Source: Trichoplax adhaerens
Lineage: Eukaryota; Animalia; Placozoa
Assembly (NCBI RefSeq): GCF_000150275.1
Contig: NW_002060948.1
Location: 2,989,183-3,053,182 of the forward strand
DNA: 64,000 nt
Direction: 5' to 3'
The notes under the pieces: generated by a model
What the model saw: only the letters and a program-made list of their open reading frames with translations
Databases searched by the model: none
What the model was told of the DNA's origin: nothing
Position numbers and translations under genes: made by a program
Shown here: piece by piece, positions 1 to 12,642 of the stretch
Layout: each line of letters starts with the position of its first letter
How positions within the stretch are numbered: position 1 is the stretch's first letter

Positions 1-2973
1 GAATGTTAAATTTTACGGTTACGACGGCCACAGTTCTACGTTTTTCGTAAACTATCTAATACAATTCTTACTTTCTGAAATGATAGAGCGTCACTCTAAG
101 CTTCGTAAACTGTGTGAACTTTTAATCTTATACTATTTATATTATTGTCTTATTTGTTGCTTGATCACTACTTTTCTCTCCACTTGATTTATTTACTAGC
201 TAATTTTCATATTAATATATTTACTTATAACAATTTAAAAGAGTCTTTACTACACGGTCTCTTTGTACCTTTGCTATTTTTCTTATGCTGTTTGTATACT
301 AGATTATGTCAACATAATAAAGTATAAATGGAAATATAAGTGTTATGGTAGTGGTAGTAGTAGCTGTGGTAGTAGTATCTAGAGATGATATATTTAACAA
401 TGTATGGTATTACATCCATGTGGCTATATCGATGTACTATGTTTGGGCGGCTATTCTTACAAAACCTTTATCATGCACTTATGATAGCCTCATTTCCATT
501 GAAATTGTCGTAGCTGCCTTCATCAAAAAATTATTCATTTCCAATTCTACTATTTACTATATCCGCATAATATTGTAAATCTAGTGCACGAAAGGTTTCT
601 ATCCAAAATCACATTTCAAAGCAGATCTATGTATGCGAGGTTTATTCTATTTTTGGAATCTACACAAATGAGATAGAATATCGAGAATTATAAAACAAAC
701 GGCAGAATCAGTAATACGAAGCACTGTAAAATATATAATGTGCCTTTAAAGCAGGGAGTAGCAATGAATAACTAAACAAGTTACGCGCTAACTTTTATAG
801 TTTCGCTAATTTATGTTTACATGTAAACTACAATAACTATTAATATAATTACGCGTAGGTTTAATAATCTTTGAATTCTACTCCAAAATAACTTTCGTGA
901 AGATATCGTAAATGATAATAAAGTATACTATACATCATATTCAAGTTCTTACACTATAACTTCACAACATCCTTAAAGATATAAAAATTAGTCTGGTAAT
1001 TTCTGAAGTTAAGATTTGTTTATGCTGAGGCAGAGTGCAAATTGCTACTAAGATAAAATGAAAGTATATTCATTTCTCTGTTATTGACATAATACAGTAT
1101 TTACTAAAATCTTAGATAGCTACAAAGAAACTTTAATTTTTTTGCTGAGTTTAATTTAGTAAAACTCTGAATGATATAAGCGTAAGCGAAATCATTAAAG
1201 TATTCATTATGGATCGAGCATAGTCATATCATCTACACGATATAATATTAATACACTTTACATTGGACGATCTGAAAAGAATATTAAATTTTAATTACCG
1301 TGTCTAAGATAGGTATTGGAATGGTCTTCCGTAAACAGCTATTATGGTGCATATACAAAAGTATTCCTCCCTCTATTCTTAAGATTTAAGCAATGTATAA
1401 TCCTAGAGACAATTTCCAATATGGCTTATCTATCTCCTCACTAATTTACCTTTAGAAAAAAAATGTGTAACTTGTATTTCATACTGCTATGATGTGATAT
1501 TTATTGCTGATGCAATGACTAACGTTAGTATTAATTATTAAGATTTAGACGTAGTTCTTTATACAGTGTACTTGTCTTAAATTATTAATTTTTACTTGAA
1601 TATAACTCCATCAAATCAACGGTATTTAAGACAGTACAAACTACGATTAGAGGGAGAGAGCTAGGAAGATCGTAAAGTTATTGATGAAATTCGATTTTAG
1701 ATTTGATCTTTTTGCTCGTTGGTAGTACATCAGTTTTGGTTTAATTTATGTTTAATTGCTCGACAGCAACTTTTAGTTTTTCCTAACTAAACAATTTGGA
1801 TTTATTGACGGATCTACAAGACTAATCATTATTAATTACTGTATCTCGATACTTATTGCTTAAAAGGGTGGCAAGAATAAAGCTTGCATACGCATAGATT
1901 ACAATTGTTTCGCAAAACATTGTGATAATAATATTTTATTTCATAACGAAATAGAAAGTAGCAAAAAGGAATGGGATGAATATTTTAGCAATAATTTGTG
2001 ATAAATAGTAAATTACCGTAAATATATCCATTTGAGGTAAATTAAAATAATAAGATGGAAAACTTTCAATCCAATGAAATCTAGCCCCTATTTTCCTTAT
2101 TTAAAATGCTGATTTGCGATAATCCTATGGCCAGTCCAATTCTCATTGGTACAGAACTGACATTATAAACAAACTGTTTCCGTCAAATTGTACTATCAAA
2201 TAGTGTAATAATGAGACTTTTCGAAAGTTTATCATGGTCTGGCAATAAAAAAGTGAAAGTTGATCACTAATTCAACACTTTAATCTTCATTATCCAATCC
2301 TGTCGTAGTGCTAACTTATAAAAAATTGTTAGAAAGTCCATTAAGGCCTTGCACCTGTCACATACTAAATTCAACGAATGCAACATTGCTTTGTCTTAAA
2401 TCGAAAGACAGTTAATAAGATCTTGCAATAATAGATAGGTTTCTAGATTTTAATAGTGCGTAATAATGCCCATAACTTACGTTACGACTTCTATGCAAGT
2501 GCAACACATTAGGTGAAAATGAATGTTAAGAAGAATTATTTGCGATTAGATGTTATCGTTCAATATTCTTGATTCGAATTTAAATCTACATCTTATCCAT
2601 TTTAAGGTTTAATATCTTGATAGTAAATCAGCTTAAGAATTTTAAACATAAGAGTGTGAACATTCATTTCGTATACGATTACAGAGTACACTCAGAAGAA
2701 TTAAAATATACGTAGCTTCCATAAAATAATTCATATTCTAATATTATTAAAAGAAATAGTTTTGCATCTTGTAGGGAAATATCTTCTATCTTTACCTATT
2801 CCAAGCAGCGCAGGTATTATGGTTAATTTCTTATAAATAATATATGATATCTATGATCTCAATAATCATACCTGCTTCATAGCAAATAAATTTTATAAGC
2901 CGTCAAATATTACCTTAGACCCAGAAAAAGTGATTCGCTACGTCAAAGCAATTAGACAGATTTTAAGAGAACC

Positions 2974-4050
2974 TCAAGTCCGAGTCCAGAACAACTTACG
3001 CTTATAGTTTGACAGATTTTGAGAGATATTAAAGATGTAAATAATGGGATTAATTGTGCAGTTAACTTGAAATAATAGCAAGACATTCGGTGCGGTATCC
3101 AGAAAACGAATATTGTCGATAGATAAACGATAATTAATAAATATTGCTGTACCACAAGCAAGCGAAGGAAACCAAGCCACAAGATTAGTAATACTAATAG
3201 TGGCGGCAATTTTTAACGTTTTCCTTTCAACGTTTTGGTTGAAGGTCTTGCTAGCTTTAATTTTGGCTGCTATATGCCGTAGTTTAAGATATGTCCCCAT
3301 ATATAAGGATAATGTAAAAATATAACAAATAAACCCGATTACGCTCAAAAGTAACAGTGAAAATCTAACGAAATTAACGGATACATCTGCAAATGTACAT
3401 AAATTGCTAAACCGATAACTAATTGACTTAGCGGGTGGAAAAGTTATATAGGAAAACGCCGTAAACATACTTGCAGTGGCAATTCCAATGCTCCAACCAC
3501 CAATGGAAATCATTTTTGCTTTCTTAGGAGTTATTTCTAAGTTGTTCGAAAATGGAAATGCTACGCTAACATAGCGATCAACGGCAATAATCGTAATGAT
3601 GAAGACAGATTGAAATGAAGATAAAACATTTAGATACCTAGCTGTAAAACAGAATGGATTGCCGATCCAATCGTGATAAATATTCGATGAATTGATTAGT
3701 GACTCTGCCATACTACCATTATTGTAAGGATTAATTTGCATAAACCGATAGCGAAGATCAGCTACTGCTAAAATAAGTAAATATAATGAGCCAGCTAAAT
3801 CGGAGGCAGCTAGATTGGCTATCAGGATAATAAATGTTCGATTGCCAACGTATCTGGCTGTAAATTGGTTACTCGTAATTTCTGATTGCCGGCTATGATC
3901 AGAGCTTACTTTAGAAAAGATAGTGCGATTGCTACGTTTCTTTAGAGCCAAAATAATCTTAAAGACGTAGTAATTAGCGATTATGCCACAAACGCCAAAA
4001 CACCATGTCAAAGTGATAGCTATCGGGTTATTATAAAGAATTGATGCCAT
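2974..4050 (-). CDS. Intronless rhodopsin-class (class A) GPCR with LGR/RXFP-like 7TM and a very short N-terminus, 358 aa
   Basis: Seven hydrophobic segments; TM1 GIIAN, TM2 NLAASDLAGSLYLLILAVAD, ECL1 WIGNPFC, TM3 IAVDRY, ECL2 Cys (NLC), TM6 TNLVAWFP, TM7 NCTINPIIY. Confidence 0.92.
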   Translation of the reverse strand: MASILYNNPIAITLTWCFGVCGIIANYYVFKIILALKKRSNRTIFSKVSSDHSRQSEITSNQFTARYVGNRTFIILIANLAASDLAGSLYLLILAVADLRYRFMQINPYNNGSMAESLINSSNIYHDWIGNPFCFTARYLNVLSSFQSVFIITIIAVDRYVSVAFPFSNNLEITPKKAKMISIGGWSIGIATASMFTAFSYITFPPAKSISYRFSNLCTFADVSVNFVRFSLLLLSVIGFICYIFTLSLYMGTYLKLRHIAAKIKASKTFNQNVERKTLKIAATISITNLVAWFPSLACGTAIFINYRLSIDNIRFLDTAPNVLLLFQVNCTINPIIYIFNISQNLSNYKRKLFWTRT

Positions 4051-6071
4051 AACCCTTCCATCAAGGTAAACTTATATATTTTATGAAGCCAACTGCCTTG
4101 AAGAGCAAAATAAAATAGGTTTAAATGCAATTATTCTATTCATAATATTCATATTCTAAAAACTGCTTACCTTAGCACCCCTAATTCAGTATTATTGCTC
4201 TGCATTATTTTATCTTATAGTATTGAATTTATTATATATGATTTGTATTTTTCAAGTGTTACTTCAATGCTACAACAATAATATAAGCAACTATTTTAAT
4301 TAATAACGCACAAATAATTATATGTAAAATAAAAATATTGCAATAAAATAATAAATTAATGAATATCGTATAAACTATAATAGGAAGCGATTCTTACATT
4401 GGATCATACATAATACATGCGTACTGTATAACAATTGCTCAAAGTTTAAAATATTATCATGTAAAATCTATTGCTAAATATCGGTATTCGTGCTTATAAT
4501 TCACTGATGGTTAAATGTATTGTATTTCACATTTGCTAGGATCAACACAAAAACCAAAAATTTTATTGGAATAATATCACACTCTTTTCTAATGGTTTTT
4601 GTCATGGCACTAAAGTCCAAAGTGATTCAGACAACATCAAAATTATTACATGCTCAAAATTTAAACATAAGTCGTAAGGAATATCACCATAAAATTCTAA
4701 ACCATGATTACACCAAAAGAAGTAGGTTTGAAGTCTACTATCGCCCTTGGCATGAATATTAATAGCGATATCGGCATGGAAATTAAGACAAAATAACAAA
4801 TACAGCTATGCTTTTATTTGCCAATTTGAAATAGCTATAATCAGATGTAAAGTTATAAAAGCGAAAATAAAATGTTAATGGGGTAAATAATCATATTTAT
4901 TTTCTTTAAAATTCTATTTTTATTTGCAGCTCTAAAATAGCAGAATTATTAAGGAACTAGCAAACGTTATTAGACTGTTTCCTCTTTAGTACAAATGTAG
5001 CGCAGAAACCCTCTATATTTTAATGTATGATGCTGCTGCATTTGAGCTTCATTAACTAAATGAATGTTGCATCTCCAACCAATCTGATTAATACACCCAT
5101 CACCAAAATATTTTGGATTACTATCAGCATATGTCCTTAACTCTCTTTTTAACCCTATAGTACTTGAATAAAAATCGGCTAGCCGGCTGAAAAATCATCA
5201 ATTTAGTGCGGACTAAGCTATTTGTTAAGATATTTCACAATCAGTATAATAACGGCTATAAATCATCGTACATAAATACCATATTATTATAACTATAATG
5301 GAGCGTGAGGTGGAAAAATTGCAATCCTGACATTATTATATACTAGCTTATACGAGCCTTCAATTTTAAATACTGTAACAAAGCAGATTTTCACCTTAAG
5401 TTTTCGTTGGTCTAACTTTATTGTGAATTAGTCAACTTAGATAGAATAAGATATAGTTTTCCGCTTTACAATAAATAACCTTCACTATGATTAGATTTCA
5501 TAAATTTATATTCCATTGATATAAGATAAAACTTTAAATAAAACTATTTAACAATTCTTGTTGAGATCACAACTAAAGATTTGATACGATACGTTATAAA
5601 AATATCTAGTCACATCAAGAGATATGCAAATATTGGCATCCAATATAATAGCGAACATATTTAATTGATCGCTGTACTGCTAAAATAGCTACTCAATATT
5701 AATTGTAACTATAATTAATTAAAAGAAATAATTCTAATATAGCCACCTATTAACAATTAATGCATAAAAAAAATGCTTTACTCTAATTTTCACTTTTATT
5801 AATACTGGATTATTCTAAATCATAAGTTATGGAGTGAAAAATACCTGATCATTCATTAAATTGACTACAAGTAAATAAACCAAACGCCAAATATCTAGTA
5901 ATTTTTGGATATAAAATAGTCCAACAAAGACTGCATTACATCATAAGTTAATGCTAGTAATTCACATGTCAATCCTTACATCAAATTTTCTGTTAAAATA
6001 CGTAGGATTTTCTCACTTTCTTTCATAAAGAGAAGAGTCACTGTGATAAGCAAACTGACAGCGCTAAGCTA

Positions 6072-7205
6072 CTATTTATACGAATGATTATTTTTACAAT
6101 TGCCAAGTAGCCTACAGGAATGGCAAAGGTTTAATTCCGTCGTAAATGTTATCAACGTAATAGGATTTAAAACACAATTGATTTGAAATAACAAGAGTGA
6201 ATTCGTAGCAGCATTTCGAAATAGATTATTCACAAGAAATATAGGATGATAGATATAAGCAACTATGCCACAGATAAAACCAGGAAACCAAAAGAAAAAA
6301 TTTGTTGAGACGATTATCATAGCAATTTTTAAAATTTTCCATTCAGCTCGTTTACTCCCAAATTTGTGATTAGGATGTATGCTTATCGACCTTTGTCGAA
6401 TTTTATAATATATTCCAGCATAAACCACCAATATGACTGTGTAGACAAGTATACCAATTATTAAAAATAGCAATACCAATAACCTCACTTCGTAATCTGC
6501 ATAGTCCTCGAAACTGCACAAGTTATGGTAATCATAACTAGGCGCAGGGGCTGGAGGAAATGTAATATAAGCAGCTACAGTAAATGTTGTACCAACACTC
6601 ATCGCTATTAACCATCCCAATAAACATAGGAACTTCGCTCGTCTTTGTGTTAATTTCAAGATTGCTGAGAATGGATAAGCAACGCTAATGTAACGATCGA
6701 TGGCAACAAGCATCATGATATAAGCGGATTGAAAAATAGATACACAATTTATAAATCTTGCTATATAGCAAAATGGATTACTAATCCAATTTAAATAACT
6801 GACTGAAGAATCTGTAAAATGAGTCTGATTGTGTTTATCATGAGCTAATCTGTGATGGAGATCGGCTGAAGCAATAATTATCAAATACATTGACCCGAGC
6901 AAATCAGAGCCAGCGAGATTAATAAGTAGAATCGTAAATGTTCGATTAATGGTTGTTTTAGTTGGCTTAACAGTTTGATTAAAACGCAATAACTGCCCGT
7001 GACGATATATTGAACGAGAAATAATAGCTCGAACACGCTGTAGAGTTGGAGAATGTAAAAACTTAAGTAAAACCATATTAGCAATGATACCCGCTAGGCC
7101 AAATATCCATGATATTAATATTACTGACAGGTCGTTTTCGATTCTGATAGTCACTGACATATTGAATGCGGCTATCGGCGACAGCTTTAGTTTTGATTCA
7201 GTCAT
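6072..7205 (-). CDS. Intronless rhodopsin-class GPCR, tandem paralog of 2974..4050, 377 aa (start may be the Met at 7160)
   Basis: GIIAN, NLAGSDLLGSMYLIIIASAD, WISNPFC, VAIDRY, TNFFFWFP, NCVLNP. Shares blocks such as YITFPPA and LLLFQ.NC with the neighbouring GPCR. A minus-strand polypyrimidine/AG acceptor near 7411 suggests a 5'UTR intron. Confidence 0.92.
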   Translation of the reverse strand: MTESKLKLSPIAAFNMSVTIRIENDLSVILISWIFGLAGIIANMVLLKFLHSPTLQRVRAIISRSIYRHGQLLRFNQTVKPTKTTINRTFTILLINLAGSDLLGSMYLIIIASADLHHRLAHDKHNQTHFTDSSVSYLNWISNPFCYIARFINCVSIFQSAYIMMLVAIDRYISVAYPFSAILKLTQRRAKFLCLLGWLIAMSVGTTFTVAAYITFPPAPAPSYDYHNLCSFEDYADYEVRLLVLLFLIIGILVYTVILVVYAGIYYKIRQRSISIHPNHKFGSKRAEWKILKIAMIIVSTNFFFWFPGFICGIVAYIYHPIFLVNNLFRNAATNSLLLFQINCVLNPITLITFTTELNLCHSCRLLGNCKNNHSYK

Positions 7206-10200
7206 TTTTAAACTGTTTTATTGAAATGGATATCAAATTTAGCCAAGTGAAGGACTTTTCGTGCTATAACAGATCTAACAAACAAAGTCAAATCTTACTG
7301 ACGTCATGCTGTATTAATGATCCTTTTTGCTTTCTTGAATCTTTTTAGATCAATATTGAAGCCAATTAATCAACTTTAATCTAATTAGGTGCAGCTATAA
7401 AAGTCAATACCTGAATAAAATAAAAGAACTCTGTAGAAACCTTATGATATTGATTTTTAGTTTATCTATCTTATTGAAAGGTTCCATACACATGAAAAAG
7501 AACCGAATGATCTGGCTAAACTTATTCAATTCATTACCGTATGCTCAGTTATTATCTAAAAATATCAATCTGATTGTATCACAGAATTAGATGCCGTGTC
7601 TTCTTCTTCTATTTCTCTTAGTTTATATCGACGAATATAAACTGAGACAGCAATATTCCTTATTTAGCCGCCTTAACTAATTATATTATCGGTCATTAAT
7701 TTTATGACGCTTAATTAGTAAATTAGGGAGGCAACTTGCTCGACTTGATCATTAGAAGGTTTTACGTTTCATCTTAAAATATTCTAATAATTATAATCTA
7801 TTTGCTAACATAAAATAAAACCATTTTATGCGTATGTGACGATGATGTTGTTGATTGCTACAATTTAAATCCTCACCAAGGTTACTATTATTTAAATCAC
7901 AGCCAGTATTTTCACAACATCGTATTTGTCAATTATGAGCCATGCCTTTACTGTCAACGTCTCTATTTTGATTAATTCAAAAGCAGTAATCGATTTAAGC
8001 ACTATTCATTTTCGCGAACATATAAATTATCAGTTACTTATTATGAATTAGTCAGATAAGAACTTCTTTGCTCTTGGTCACATTTTGTAATCATTTCCTA
8101 TGGCATAAGCTTTATATTCAATCTCTTACAATTGTTAATATCATTTCCGAATACAGTGAGTCCAATAGCCGTAACAGTCAATTATAAATTCATCGATTAA
8201 TGATAAAATCGTTTATTTTGCTATTGTTATTGATATATTTGCTATAATATATGTTGAAGAGCTAGATTCTGCTGGAATCGTAACTACGTAGATATTGCGG
8301 TATTTAGAGAGCAATTTACCTGAGTTAGATTGACGTTAATAGAAGTGGAAAGAAAATTATGTTCAAGAAATTCAGAAATCAAAATTTAAGTTAGAACATG
8401 GAATGAAGAATGCACAGTATTCAACTCTGTCATAGATTAGAAGGAGACCTAAGTAATGTCTAAGTGCTTTTCGTTCCTTATTTTCATTTAGAATTTTATT
8501 GTAGCACCAGGTATGCGAACAACTACAGTACTTCAAGACTCGTCGGATTTTATAATACCTTATGCATTAACAGTATAGAATAATATCATAACTTTAGAGG
8601 ATATGAATCGAGCAAGCATGTACCCTTGCTTAGATTTCACCTACTGTAGCTATATATTAGGCGAGAGACGCCAATATTGCTACTAATCGTTGTTATATAG
8701 TACTAGTGCAACCTATCGATCGGAAAATAGATAGATAACTTGTAACGTGGTCGAATGGATTACTGATGAAATCTGAGTAGGCGATCAATGAATTATAATG
8801 CGATTCTCATAAATTGATTCCTTCATATGTGAATAATATTTAATAGATACTGGCACTACAGACTATACAAATAATAAAACAGAAGCTTGCTTCACTGCCA
8901 GAAGTATTCCTTTATACTACAGTGTATTGGCTTTAAAGTTAAATAATAAAATGATTTATTTGTGGTAATATGTACAGTAATTTGAGCAAATAAGTTGTTA
9001 AGTTTTGCTATATCTACACCTGTAAATATTACAACATCGTCTTCATAACATTTTACAATAACTATTTTGAATTATCAAAGTAACGTCATGTCGAATAGTA
9101 TGCCAGCTTCTACGGATTCTTTTATGATAAATAGTATTTCAAAATTAATGTGCAATGTATAATTTTAAGAAATACAATGTATTAAATGCAAAATTTGTAG
9201 TGCAAACATATAATTTAGTCTAAGTTCACTTTAAGTGATGTCTAGATACGGTTAAATGAGCAAATAATTACTGGCTTTAATATTAGCTTGCAAAGTGAAA
9301 AGTTTTCTGAATTTATGCATATCATCCATTTTTTAATAAGTGATGATTATAATTATGTCTAGTAGTAATATCACAAAATAATATATGCTTGGAATGTTCA
9401 TATTTATCATATGCAGTACCTATATTTGTCATAATTGCTGTAAATGTAGCCCTTGATGGATATATGTATATGTGACTTGACGTCAAGTTACTCCGGTAAA
9501 GACTCAGATGAAGTAATACTTGTGTAATCTCCACAAGTTAAATTTATTAACTTCTATCCAAATAGAATTAGAATTACTCTTAGCAAGGTAAGAGTTTATA
9601 TACGACTAATGTTCTTTACAATTGATATCTCAAGAACTTCGCTACCTTAGCGAGTATCTCTTGACACTAAAATCCTTGAATAACCGATAGCACGATGTGC
9701 TCAGTTATAAGTATGTAGTCTTTCGGCTACGGGTTGATTACAGATAAGTTAGTTCAATTGACTGGATATAGTTCTTTTACGATAACACGTACCAATACAG
9801 TTATCCTATCTTATGTAGTACTGTACATATTCTGTAAATAATACCAAATTACGACAATAATGTGACTTTACGTATTAGCTAAAATTAAGATTTATTTTCG
9901 ATTTTTAATATAAATTTAGTCTATTTTATTTCTTAATACAGTTATTCTCACATGATCAATATCTTTGTAGCATTTTTGTTCATCATATCTATCATGGTAC
10001 ATGGAGCTTACGTGATTGTATGTTGATGTAACGAAGTGACTTCAAACTGTACTTTCTCTGGAGAGAGTGAGACATGCAGTAATTAACGGCGAAAGGAGTA
10101 TATACATAGGTCTCTTATTATAGAAAATTACCTGCTACATATTAAAGCCATGCATTTGCGGTCAATTTCGTACAATTGATGCAAAAACTGTAATAACGAA

Positions 10201-10308
10201 TGTATGGGATCACGTTATATGCGCTAGTCGTGGTCTACAGTACCGTCTACTATCAGGAACGTCCAGGGACTTCTAAAAGTCTTCTAGAAAGTCCCTGACA
10301 CCATCCGA

Positions 10309-11136
10309 CTAAGTGCCTACGTGCTCTGGCAACTTTAGTTACCTCGGATTAAAATTCGTTCATACGATCGAATGCAAACGGGTATTTCTCGTTGTATTTT
10401 GGTCCAGTCCCGGCCTAACGAGACATCCATCGATGTATCGATGAAAATATAAAAATTTATATTTTAGCAAATTTTTGTCGATGTGGTTGTGTCTCGTTAT
10501 AATATTCGTTGTAGTAAATTACTGAGATGCGAGTGTTGACGTACAGTACAACCAGAACGAGAATCTGACGTTCTCTTTCTGAACTCATTTTGATCGTATG
10601 AACGTAACTTTAAGATTAAGTATCTACTGTATGTGCTCTAGCGACATTAGTTCCCCCTGATTGAGCGGCTGTGATTTGCGCAGTTTTTCGATTAGCGATA
10701 ATATATAGAAATCACTAAGAAAAGGGTAAGTTCAGACAGTTCCTATGTCCGGGATATGATATTTGCCCTGCAACCCAATATTGCATTGCTCTGAGTGCAT
10801 GTATCCACTAAGACCTAGTGATTATGTGCTGTGGCAACTTCAGTCCCTTGGCTCTCCTCCAGCGTACAGCGTGACCATTTCACGAAATGCTGCTCCCCGC
10901 CGAACATTGCTTTTCAACTAGCGGCAATGCAATTACTAAGAAAGGGTAAGTCTGCACAAATTCCATGCCGGGAATATGATATTTGTCCCTATGACAACTC
11001 AGTATGTATTGTTTTTGAGTGCATGCATTCACTAAAGACTAACATAAGTGGCTATGTACTCTGGCAACTTCAGTCCTCTGACTCGCCTCTGAACATTGTT
11101 TTTCTAGTAACGGTAATATACTGTAATCACTAAGAA
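10309..11136. repeat. Degenerate tandem repeat, ~190-230 bp units
   Basis: Motif ATGTGCTCTGGCAACTTCAGTCC variants at ~10321, 10631, 10824 and 11054. The block ACTAAGAAAGGGTAAGT...ATATGATATTTG...GAGTGCATG occurs at ~10714 and ~10934. Confidence 0.8.
10351..10612. mobile_element. Imperfect palindromic (MITE/foldback-like) element
   Basis: Outer arms CGTTCATACGATC (~10357) and GATCGTATGAACG (~10592); inner arms AACGAGACA (~10417) and TGTCTCGTT (~10490); AAAATATAAA-AA-TTTATATTTT at the centre (~10444-10465). No TSD identified. Confidence 0.55.
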
Positions 11137-11716
11137 AATATGACAACAGTTACTGTAGTACGCTGTTTTAAATCTATATATAAACATGCTGTGACACGAG
11201 TTTTAAAGTTATTAATGAATTTCGTAAATAAAGCGCTTTCATTATGATTATTACATAGTTTGTCAACTTCTTGTCAATAAATAGCCGATTAAACGAACGA
11301 GGCTCAGCACGCTATTCGCACGTTACCGGAACTTCGCGGCGGGTGCTAAGGTGACGCCAATATTAGTATCTATAAAGATTATACTAATTAATTTCAGAAC
11401 AAGCTTACACCTTGATTGTCTAGCAAAACTATACGCGACTAATATTCATAGTTACTCTTTACCGTATTGCCATTAGCTACATAACGAAATCTACTTAATT
11501 AACATGTACGGTGCTTTACTCCGTAACAATTGTATGTAATGAAGTATTGAATTGTGAACGAAACTAAATGTTGGTGCCTACAAACACTAATCATTATTAT
11601 ATATTCAATATTATCTAATAAAAGGATAATTTCCCACAAAGTAGTCTGTAAATTTACAAGGTGTACAACTAAATACAGAACCGATACAATAGTTCAATAC
11701 GAGATGTATGATCTTG

Positions 11717-11802
11717 TTCTCTGCATGTGCGCTATTTCTAAAATTATAAATACCACCAATTTCTACCTCAGAATTTGTTGGGTACAATAGTCACAATGTT
11801 AG
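11717..11802 (+). repeat. Interspersed repeat copy shared with 50164-50299 (minus strand)
   Basis: TTCTCTGCATGTGCGCTATTT..AAA.TATAAATACC.CC..TT.C.AC.TC.GAA.T.GTT matches the reverse complement of ~50237-50299. Confidence 0.75.
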
Positions 11803-12642
11803 TATTTTCCACGTTACTTCACGACAGTTTACGTGCTGCTCTACCGTAACTACCATATTGTACGCAATTTTATAATACAACAAGTTATCTGTTCTTACTA
11901 AAAAAATTGTATATTTCTCTGTGTGGTAATAAATCCGCTGCAGCTGACTTATCGAACTCCCCATCACATACAGATATATGTATACGGCTAATGCCAACAC
12001 TGATTAAACGATATTGATCGAAGTTAGTAAACTCACTAGATGTAAAGCGCAGATACTCATTGGTAGATCAGATAAGATTATATTACAAGCACATATTGAG
12101 GGAGTTTAAATGATTTATAGAAATATTTTTATCTAAGCATCAGAGATTAACAAAAATAGAAGTACTTGTCAATTAATTTAGGTTTTATAGTGCAACGTAA
12201 TTGTAATTTTTCACTAATAATGACGGTATTTAATATTTTTATAACTAGAACTACAATAGTCTTTACATAGTATGTAACAGGCAATAAATAATCTAACCTT
12301 TTTAAATTTTTATTTTAGAATGCACATAATGTACATCAATAAACATATAGAGCGGCTCTACAATTTAAGATATCATACAACCGGTGAAACGATAAATTTT
12401 ACAAACAGTACCGGAATATAGTAAATTACGAAAAGGTTTTCCACAAAAGAAATAGCCTGATATATCGAATTAACGGCAATAAAATATAAAATATATGAAG
12501 ACATAAATAATTCCAGCACTGATATAAATAAGATGCAAACTTACAAATCATAAGATAGGTCAGATCGTGTAAGCATGTATATTACTGTGTATGATAAGCT
12601 ATAATACAGGCGTTCAGTAGCAATTCTGTTTAAATAACAAGG

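Noticed and set aside
345-578. ORF starting MVVVVVAVVVV
   Set aside because: The poly-Val comes from a GTA/GTG microsatellite, and the rest has no recognisable protein signal.
8660-8687. GGCG-AGAGA-CGCC hairpin followed by CTAA, with GACGCCAATATT shared at ~11353
   Set aside because: The stem is only 4 bp and the shared word is 12 bp, too weak to call a Helitron end without a genome-wide search.
10831-11133. 100-aa ORF
   Set aside because: It lies wholly inside the tandem repeat, has a non-ATG start and shows no domain features.
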